Both the position numbers and the translations under genes were made by a program. 18,689 nt of DNA, taken from assembly GCA_031372065.1 (NCBI GenBank), contig JANMKN010000094.1, positions 1 to 18,689 of the forward strand. Reading direction: 5' to 3'. Every line of letters begins with the position of its first letter. Within the stretch, counting starts at the first letter, position 1. Of this stretch, positions 6,601-12,349 are shown piece after piece. This DNA is from Abditibacteriaceae bacterium (lineage in GTDB: Bacteria; Armatimonadota; Abditibacteriia; Abditibacteriales; Abditibacteriaceae). The notes below the pieces were generated by a model that was given only the letters and a program-made list of their open reading frames with translations, did no database searches and was not told the DNA's origin.

Positions 6601-7296
6601 GCGTTGCAGGAAAATACTGACCTTGGCGCCGGATTTAAAATCGCCATGCGCGACATGGAAATTCGCGGCGCGGGCGAACTTTTGGGCGCCAAACAAAGCG
6701 GCGGCATCGCGCAAGTTGGTTTTGAATTGTATGCCGAAATGCTCAGTGAAGCCGTGCAAAAATTAGAACACAGCGAAAAACAGCGCGTGCGTTTTCGCCG
6801 CGAAAGTTTGCCCGAAGCCGATTTGCCCGTCGCGGCGTTTTTACCCGACGATTATGTGCCGCAAGAAGGTGACCGCTTGCATTTTTATCGCAAACTGAGC
6901 GGCGTTTTAACCTTGGACGATGTGGAATCTTTGCGCGAAGAATTGCGCGACCGCTTTGGCGCTTTGCCGCAACCGGCGTTTAATCTCATTCGCGTTTTAA
7001 AAATTCGCGTGCTACTTTTAACCGCCCGTTTGCGCGGCATTTCCAAAAGCGATACCGAAGTTTTAATTCGCTTGAAAATCGGCGATACTTTCGCACCCGA
7101 AGACACAAAAGAAGTCTTCGCCAAACTCAACAAATCACAAGACAAGCGCAATTTGCAGCATATTTCTTTGCGCCCGCGCGAAGGCATCGCTCTTAGCACG
7201 CGCGTCCTCACGCCGTTGCAAGTTTTGAAGATGATCGAAGACATTTGCGAAGCCTTAGCCACCGTGCGCGGCGCGCGGTTTTTGGGCGATGGCTAA
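3667..7296 (+). CDS. mfd: Transcription-repair coupling factor Mfd
   Basis: UvrB-homology FAARGGLIDFF, CarD-like RID GDFVVHINHGIARY, Walker A CGDVGYGKT, DEEQRFG, SATPIPRT, QLRGRVGR, TRG motif GFKIAMRDMEIRGAGELLG and a C-terminal TRCF domain. ATG 3667 is preferred because ATG 3610 lies in the REP arm and upstream of a terminator hairpin. Confidence 0.97.
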   Translation: MQLLDLVASQFDFQKAAEDSALSFYGAPSPSWATLAAALQNARGGHVLLLVPNSEAAENAASDLQALFALSETAPPEVALFPIPDRAGFEDGTGDRGAVQDRLAVLDILHGTAPALVVAPVNALAHPTLPANELRHGYDTINKGQTLDRDEFIEHLSGTGYERMPQVEAPGHFAARGGLIDFFPPAAREAIRIELFGDEVDSIRCFDVDSQRSTTKLDSVRLTPPREIYLAPEKGRKIAVQLQDLLDEQAAQLRRAARLDEANHLVEAVGRDIQRLRQGVYFDGLDRYRALLYPQRPTLLDHLPPSSLVIWADPTRCQSQNTRLIDEDQSTRDAAVEAGDALRLPEGPLCDFASLKKRADDFSSVQFHVQQDENSALHTPHSALDIHLPPVFGGKLEQVLEWVRTWQRRGGIVVLSSAHARRVREILADGDVRHVHLLDAVTEPQAGLVLVMGQRLSSGFTFGDVNSGQWSVVSGQRLAVLTDSEMFGWRTEPVRLAAKRKSKKKREVTAKKGSAAALTDLADLREGDFVVHINHGIARYGGVARREVAGAVNDYLMLEYEGTDRLYVPVSQLDRVQKYLGSGDGTPPLNSLKGNAWERTKKRVREETAQIAKQLAELYASREQAEKLPYPPDSPWQREMESAFPYEETPSQLQAIKDAKSDLENSKPMDRLVCGDVGYGKTEVAVRAAFKVAQEGRQVAVLVPTTVLAQQHYQTFSERLAPYPTRVEVMSRFRTPGELRKIADDVRLGAVDILIGTHRLLSGDVQFRDLGLVVVDEEQRFGVLQKEKLKEMRAEVDILTLSATPIPRTLHFALGGLRELSLITDPPPGRLAVKTFIAPYKDDVVRQAIEREIEREGQIYYVHNRIQSIHHVAEHLRQLVPHARIGVGHGQMGDEALEQVMLDFMHRRTDVLLSTTIIENGLDLPNVNTIIVDRSELLGLSQMYQLRGRVGRSPRQGYAYFFSGARGKLSVASEERFAALQENTDLGAGFKIAMRDMEIRGAGELLGAKQSGGIAQVGFELYAEMLSEAVQKLEHSEKQRVRFRRESLPEADLPVAAFLPDDYVPQEGDRLHFYRKLSGVLTLDDVESLREELRDRFGALPQPAFNLIRVLKIRVLLLTARLRGISKSDTEVLIRLKIGDTFAPEDTKEVFAKLNKSQDKRNLQHISLRPREGIALSTRVLTPLQVLKMIEDICEALATVRGARFLGDG
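4788..4815 (+). repeat. Imperfect 4 x 7-bp tandem repeat inside mfd
   Basis: TTCCGCA CTTCACA CTCCGCA TTCCGCA, translated as (N)SALHTPHSA. Confidence 0.75.
5065..5094 (+). repeat. Perfect (AGTGGTC)4 tandem repeat inside mfd
   Basis: AGTGGTC at 5065, 5072, 5079 and 5086, plus AG. Translated as SGQWSVVSGQ. Confidence 0.95.
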
Positions 7297-7299
7297 ATT

Positions 7300-7593
7300 T
7301 TAATGAATGACCCACTGCGCATCGGAGACTAAGCACACGCCGCCGATAGCGCGCAAAATGGGGCGAATGGCCTCAATGAGTTCGGGCACTTGTTCGGGCG
7401 CACAAGTCGTCAGCAGGTAGCTGTTCTTAAAGGCGTCCGAAAGTTCGTCGCCCGATTGGATGCCGCGTTCGCCACGTCCCGTCACGTTTTGCACGACGGT
7501 GTAGCCTTGCACGCCGTGTTCTTCCAAAACCCTGCACACTTCACGCAATTCCAGCGCGTTGGTGATGATTTCCAGCCGTTTAACGTTCTGCAT
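7300..7593 (-). CDS. sbtB: PII-like regulator SbtB
   Basis: 97 aa, MQNVKRLEII...GVQGYTVVQNVTGRGERG...GGVCLVSDA. It has SD GGAG and starts 2 nt after the sbtA stop. The ORF-track extension to 7941 overlaps sbtA and is rejected. Confidence 0.88.
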   Translation of the reverse strand: MQNVKRLEIITNALELREVCRVLEEHGVQGYTVVQNVTGRGERGIQSGDELSDAFKNSYLLTTCAPEQVPELIEAIRPILRAIGGVCLVSDAQWVIH

Positions 7594-7595
7594 TG

Positions 7596-8570
7596 TTATC
7601 TCCACAAACCATTGATAATCGCCATGTAAAGCGGAATTCCGATGATGACATTGAACGGAAACGTCATGGCCAAAGCCATTGTGACATATAAACCGGGATT
7701 GGCGTCGGGAATAGCCAATCGCACCGCCGCCGGCACTGCGATATACGAAGCGCTGGCGCACAACACGCAAAACAAAAGCGCATCGCCGCGCCCCAATTGC
7801 AGCGCAGAGGCCAAAACCAGCGCCAGAGCTGCGTTTAGCAGCGGCACGACCACCGCGAAGCTGATGGGAAAAGCGCCCAGCGCCCGCGAACCGCGCAGGC
7901 GCCGCGCGCTGACAAGGCCCATATCCAGCAAAAACAAGCACAACACACCTTTGAAAATATCGCCGGTAAACGGCTTGAGCGCGTGTTCACCGTTTTCGCC
8001 GGTCAAAATGCCAATCAGCAGGCTGCCAACTAACAAAAACACCGAACCGTTGGCAAAAGCATCGCGTAGTAAATCGCCGCGTGGCAAAAATTTTTCGCTG
8101 CTAATTTCGCGTTTCGCTATGCGCGCCAGCAAAACGCCCACGATAATTGCGGGCGATTCCATCAGTGCCATCGCCGCCACCATGTGCCCGCCGAATTCCA
8201 TTTTTTGCTGACCCAAAAACGAAGTTGCCGTGATAAAAGTCACCGCACTGACCGAGCCGTAAGTCGCCGCCACTGCCGCCGCGTCTGGCACACTCATTTT
8301 GCGGCGCAGCACGAAAAATGTGTAAAGCGGCACCGCCAAGGCCATGAAAATCGCCGCGACCAGCGTCCACACCACCTGACTGCTCACGCCGCTTTTGTTC
8401 AATTCTACGCCGCCCTTAAAACCCAGCGACATCAAAAGATACAACGAAAAAAACTTCGGCAATGGCTGGGGCACATCCAAATCGGATTTTATCCACACCG
8501 CTGCCATGCCCAAAAAGAAAAACAGAACGGGCGGGTTCAGCAAATTTGCCAGCAAAGGCGACATATCCAT
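7596..8570 (-). CDS. sbtA: SbtA-family sodium-dependent bicarbonate transporter
   Basis: Motifs NLLNPPVLFFFLG, KSDL, YLLMSLGFKGG, AATYGSVSAVTF, MALMESPAIIVG, LFLLDMG, ASASYIAVPAA and TFPFNVIIGIPLY. About 10 TM segments, adjacent to a PII-like gene. Confidence 0.93.
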   Translation of the reverse strand: MDMSPLLANLLNPPVLFFFLGMAAVWIKSDLDVPQPLPKFFSLYLLMSLGFKGGVELNKSGVSSQVVWTLVAAIFMALAVPLYTFFVLRRKMSVPDAAAVAATYGSVSAVTFITATSFLGQQKMEFGGHMVAAMALMESPAIIVGVLLARIAKREISSEKFLPRGDLLRDAFANGSVFLLVGSLLIGILTGENGEHALKPFTGDIFKGVLCLFLLDMGLVSARRLRGSRALGAFPISFAVVVPLLNAALALVLASALQLGRGDALLFCVLCASASYIAVPAAVRLAIPDANPGLYVTMALAMTFPFNVIIGIPLYMAIINGLWR

Positions 8571-8611
8571 CGGCAGGCACTCTCCACTATGTTAAAATTC
8601 GTCCTGAGGCA

Positions 8612-8640
8612 ATCATATCGTGAATTTAATTTCACGTCAA
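8612..8640 (-). promoter_or_regulatory. Sigma70-type promoter of sbtAB
   Basis: The minus strand reads TTGACG (8640-8635), a 17-nt spacer, then TATGAT (8617-8612), about 40 nt upstream of the sbtA start. Confidence 0.8.
8619..8636. promoter_or_regulatory. Palindromic operator candidate CGTGAA-N6-TTCACG
   Basis: Perfect 6-bp inverted repeat that fills the sbtA promoter spacer and overlaps the -35 box, between sbtA and a divergent regulator gene. Confidence 0.7.
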
Positions 8641-8678
8641 ATGATTCGCGAAAAGAATGTCGTATTTCGGAGAAAAAC

Positions 8679-8987
8679 ATGGTCGAAGAGCAAATTTTGC
8701 CTGCCGCTGAGGGCGGTTGGACGTTTTTAACGAACTACGCGCATATTTTGATTTGCCTTGCCAAGCAGCCGGATTTGACGCTGCGCGAAGTGGCCGAGCG
8801 CGTGGGCATAACCGAGCGCGCGGTGCAGCGCGTGGTCGGCGATTTGGAAAAAGCGGGCATTTTGGTGCGCAGCCGCGATGGGCGTCGCAATCGCTACGAA
8901 ATCGTGCGCACAGCGCAACTGCGTCATCCCTTGGAAGCGCATCGCAGCGTGGGCGACTTGCTGGATTTGGTTTTGGGAAATGGCTAA
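8679..8987 (+). CDS. Small winged-helix transcriptional regulator (ArsR/MarR-like, WTFLTN-x-AH family)
   Basis: SD GGAG before ATG 8679. 102 aa with WTFLTNYAHILICL, HTH LTLREVAERVGITERAVQRVVGDL, wing RDGRRNRY and LRHPLE. Confidence 0.88.
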   Translation: MVEEQILPAAEGGWTFLTNYAHILICLAKQPDLTLREVAERVGITERAVQRVVGDLEKAGILVRSRDGRRNRYEIVRTAQLRHPLEAHRSVGDLLDLVLGNG

Positions 8988-9087
8988 ATGTGCACTTGCC
9001 ATTAGTAACATGGATGTTTTGTTGTCCCCCAAGAACTGCGAAGTCTTGGCTACAGGGCGTAGTGCCCGGTTTTTGGGTGAATAGATT

Positions 9088-11085
9088 ATGAATCTTGCTT
9101 TATGGCGGGTTACAGAATGGGCTATTTTATTGATAGTGATATGCCTTTTTTCGGGATGCGGCTTCTCCCCGCAAAGTGAAAGCGATGCGTCGCTTCCGGC
9201 GTTTGTGCCTACGCGGATGCCAAAACCGTCATTGCCTTCTCCTGTGACCATGACGGATGTAACAAAGGCCGCCGGGATTCATTTTAAGCACAATAACAGT
9301 GCATTTGGCTTGCATTTATATCCTGAATCCAATGGCGGTGGCGTTGCTTTCGTGGACTACAACCGTGATGGTTATCAAGATATTTTTTTCGTCAACGGGC
9401 GCGATTGGACAGCCGGTGAAATCAAAGCGTATGAAACTACAATGGGGCGCATTCACAAGAAGCGATTTGGCTTTGCTTTTCCAAAATCAAGAGCCTATAA
9501 GCGCACCGTGAGCGCGCTTTACAAAAACAACAAAAATGGCACGTTTACAGATGTGACGTCAGGAAGCGGGTTGAATAAAGAAATGATGGGTATGGGCGTG
9601 GCTGTTGGAGACTACGATAACGATGGGAAAGACGATATTTATGTTACGGGCTATGGGCGCAATTATCTATTTAAAAATGATTCGCTTGAAACTCCAAAAT
9701 TTCGTGAAGTTGCCGAGCAAGCGGGTGTGCGTGACAGTGGTTTTGGGGCCAGCGCAGCATGGGTTGATTATGACCGCGATGGAAAACTTGATTTGTTTAC
9801 TTGCCGCTATATAGATTGGAAACCAACCAACGATATTTGGGCTTTTGGCTCGCTTAAAAAGATAAAAGGCGGTTATTTAAAAGGCTATTCAGGCCCGCCA
9901 TCGTATGATGGACAAGCAAGTCATCTTTATCGTAATTTAGGCAACGGACGATTTGCTGACACCTCGGCAAAATCCGGGATTTATGCCCCAACTCCTGATT
10001 TGGTTGGTGAACGAGCCTTGATGGTCTATCCTACGCCTGATCCCGCTTTGCCGATGGATAGCAACGACTTACGAAAACTGCGCTCGTCACCGCGTAAACG
10101 TCAAGGAAAATCTTTGGGCGTAGCTATTTGTGATTACAATAACGATAGTTGGCCTGATATATTTGTGACGAATGACACGGTGCGCAATTATTTATTTGAA
10201 AATCAAAAAAACGGGACTTTTAAAGAAGTCGCTGAATTAGCTGGCATCGCGTTTGACCCCAACGGAAAAGCGCGGGCGGGTATGGGCGTTGACTTCGGGG
10301 ATATTAACTATTCGGGCCGCGAAAGCGCTGTCGTCGGTAATTTTATGGATGAAAGCCTTGGACTCTATCAAAATGATGGAGGAGTTTTTTCAGAAATCGC
10401 TTTTTCCGCCGGTGTAGTGGGTAGTAGTCGGAGATTTCTGACATTTGGATGCTTGTTTCTTGATATTGATAACGATGGCTGGCTTGATATTCTCAGTGCC
10501 AACGGGCATGTGCGCGATACAGTGGAAAGCATGGAGCGAGGACAAACCTATGCACAACGCCCTTTACTGTTTATTAATCGCCGAGAAAGGCCTGTCAAAT
10601 TTGATGAAGTAGGCAGAAACGGTGGTTCGGCTTTGAGTAAACCGATTGTAGGGCGCGGTTTAGTAACTGCTGATTACGACTTAGATGGCGATCTGGATGG
10701 GATTCTTGCTGCTAATGGAGGCGTGCCCATTCTAATGCGCAACGATTTGTCTGCGAAAGCACGTCATAACAACGTTTTACGTTTGACTTTGGAAGGGACG
10801 CAAAGCAACCGAAGTGCCATTGGCGCATTTGTCGAAGTTGTAATTAAGTCGCCCGAAACTGCAAAAGTTATGACGCTGCGTCGCACAGTCAAAAGTGGTT
10901 CTTCTTTTCAGTCACAAAGCGAGCTTCCCCTTACACTGGGACTGGGGCAAGCCAAGCAAATCGAAAATTTAACCGTGCATTGGCCTTCCGGTCAGACAAC
11001 GCAGACTGGCCCGCTTGCGGCGAATCACCGTGTGCTGGTGCGCGAAGGGCGAGGCATCGTGCGGCGCGAGAAACTCCAGCACTGA
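9088..11085 (+). CDS. CRTAC1-family FG-GAP repeat / ASPIC-UnbV domain lipoprotein
   Basis: Lipobox-like FSGC. Multiple D-Y-D/N-x-D-G-x-x-D repeats (DYNRDGYQD, DYDNDGKDD, DYDRDGKLD, DIDNDGWLD, DYDLDGDLD). C-terminal SNRSAIGA...SFQSQS...GLG...VHWPSG. Confidence 0.88.
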   Translation: MNLALWRVTEWAILLIVICLFSGCGFSPQSESDASLPAFVPTRMPKPSLPSPVTMTDVTKAAGIHFKHNNSAFGLHLYPESNGGGVAFVDYNRDGYQDIFFVNGRDWTAGEIKAYETTMGRIHKKRFGFAFPKSRAYKRTVSALYKNNKNGTFTDVTSGSGLNKEMMGMGVAVGDYDNDGKDDIYVTGYGRNYLFKNDSLETPKFREVAEQAGVRDSGFGASAAWVDYDRDGKLDLFTCRYIDWKPTNDIWAFGSLKKIKGGYLKGYSGPPSYDGQASHLYRNLGNGRFADTSAKSGIYAPTPDLVGERALMVYPTPDPALPMDSNDLRKLRSSPRKRQGKSLGVAICDYNNDSWPDIFVTNDTVRNYLFENQKNGTFKEVAELAGIAFDPNGKARAGMGVDFGDINYSGRESAVVGNFMDESLGLYQNDGGVFSEIAFSAGVVGSSRRFLTFGCLFLDIDNDGWLDILSANGHVRDTVESMERGQTYAQRPLLFINRRERPVKFDEVGRNGGSALSKPIVGRGLVTADYDLDGDLDGILAANGGVPILMRNDLSAKARHNNVLRLTLEGTQSNRSAIGAFVEVVIKSPETAKVMTLRRTVKSGSSFQSQSELPLTLGLGQAKQIENLTVHWPSGQTTQTGPLAANHRVLVREGRGIVRREKLQH

Positions 11086-11117
11086 CAGAGAAGCATTTCT
11101 TAGCTTTAACCGTAATA

Positions 11118-11156
11118 CAAAAAGCCGCGTTGAGTTTGGCTCAACGCGGCTTTTTG
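11118..11156. terminator. Bidirectional intrinsic terminator
   Basis: CAAAAAGCCGCGTTGAG-TTTGG-CTCAACGCGGCTTTTTG, a perfect 17-bp inverted repeat between convergent genes. Confidence 0.92.
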
Positions 11157-11174
11157 CCATCCAACGGTGCGTCT

Positions 11175-11975
11175 TTAGTAAACAGATTCCAAAAGTTGCA
11201 GTCTGCTCAACGCGCCGGGAGAGATTTCATCGCAATTGGGATTCTGGGCGTCGTCATTGCTGTTCCAACTGGCAGCAAGGCAACCGGGAATTGCATCTGT
11301 GTTATCCACGAATGCGCCCCACATATTGTATTTGTTCATGGTCGCGGTAGGACGCAAAGCCTTTACATGACCATCGCCAAAAGTGAAGTTGACGGTTTGC
11401 AAGTGACCCGCCCAGCCGCGATCTCTGAACAGCGTGCCGGCTTGCCAGTCGGCATGAGCATGAACTGCTTGCCCAATATTGCCAGTTTCGGTGATCATGA
11501 TTTTATCAGCAGGTTTTGTGATGTTCGCAATGGCTAATGATTTATTGCCATCCCAGCCAAAAAAGTGAGCGCTTCCGCCGTAGCCACGCTTAATCGCAGG
11601 GGCATTCATGGCGGGATAAGCGGCTTCGCGATCTACTTTGCCTGCCGGATTGGATGGACAGGCGTAGAGTTGCGCACTTTTCACATAGGGGAAGATGCGT
11701 TGTGCCCACGAACCTTGGCCGCTGTCGCAGGGTGAACCAATGCAGGGTGGCGGCAAAGTTTCGTCGTAATCCTGCACATATTGCAGCACGCCCAAACCAA
11801 TTTGCTTAAGGTTGTTGGCACAGGAACTTTTGCGGGCGTTCTCACGAGCGCGGGCAAAGACAGGGAACAGAATGGCCGCGAGGAGCGCTATTATCGCTAT
11901 GACGACAAGCAGTTCGATGAGCGTGAAACCGCGCTTTGTTAGAGACTGAGGGGGTTGATTTGAGGACGTAAACAT
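11175..11975 (-). CDS. Prepilin-type N-terminal cleavage/methylation protein, DUF1559 family, with H-X9-DG motif
   Basis: [48 protein letters not shown], then [11 protein letters not shown] and [22 protein letters not shown]. Confidence 0.92.
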   Translation of the reverse strand: MFTSSNQPPQSLTKRGFTLIELLVVIAIIALLAAILFPVFARARENARKSSCANNLKQIGLGVLQYVQDYDETLPPPCIGSPCDSGQGSWAQRIFPYVKSAQLYACPSNPAGKVDREAAYPAMNAPAIKRGYGGSAHFFGWDGNKSLAIANITKPADKIMITETGNIGQAVHAHADWQAGTLFRDRGWAGHLQTVNFTFGDGHVKALRPTATMNKYNMWGAFVDNTDAIPGCLAASWNSNDDAQNPNCDEISPGALSRLQLLESVY

Positions 11976-12060
11976 GGTTTTCCTTGAGGAAGAGATTTTG
12001 ACAGATAGGTTTTAGGAACACACACTGGTGAGTGTTCGCTGCCGACGCTAAAGCCAATAT

Positions 12061-12066
12061 ATTATA
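12061..12066 (-). promoter_or_regulatory. Possible -10 box for the DUF1559 gene
   Basis: Perfect TATAAT on the minus strand about 85 nt upstream of the start. No convincing -35. Confidence 0.4.
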
Positions 12067-12285
12067 CCCATCCCTTGGCGTTTCTAATCAGTAGATTTGT
12101 AAGGCATTTTAAAGAATAGACATAAGTATGTAAGTGATTCAAAATAGCCATATTCGTTAAAAATCTCCTTAGTTTAGACGTAATGTAGTAATCGGCAACG
12201 CCTGATGAGTAGATAAAGCTACGATCACAAGCAATCTATTGTCATTAATAACATTGGCACTTTTCCCATCATACTGCGTTGCTTT

Positions 12286-12346
12286 CTATTTCAATTAAAA
12301 GCCGCGCTTTGCAAAATTGCAAAGCGCGGCTTTTTAATTGAAATAG
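12286..12346. terminator. Long inverted repeat / intrinsic terminator after the Calx-beta gene
   Basis: CTATTTCAATTAAAAGCCGCGCTTTGCAA-AA-TTGCAAAGCGCGGCTTTTTAATTGAAATAG. Arms of about 29 bp with one extra T, ending 3 nt from the stop codon at 12350. Confidence 0.9.
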
Positions 12347-12349
12347 CGG

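Noticed and set aside
3673..7262. Alternative-frame and antisense ORFs within mfd (and likewise within the Calx-beta and membrane-protein genes)
   Set aside because: They have no motifs and are expected by-products of codon bias in long genes.
7594..8678. Long ORF-track extensions of sbtB (to 7941) and of the regulator (from 8184), plus ORF 7642..8211(+)
   Set aside because: These are shadow frames overlapping sbtA. SD-supported starts exist at 7593 and 8679.
11976..12060. Riboswitch in the DUF1559 5' UTR
   Set aside because: Only a small GAACAC/GTGTTC hairpin, with no recognisable aptamer consensus or expression platform.
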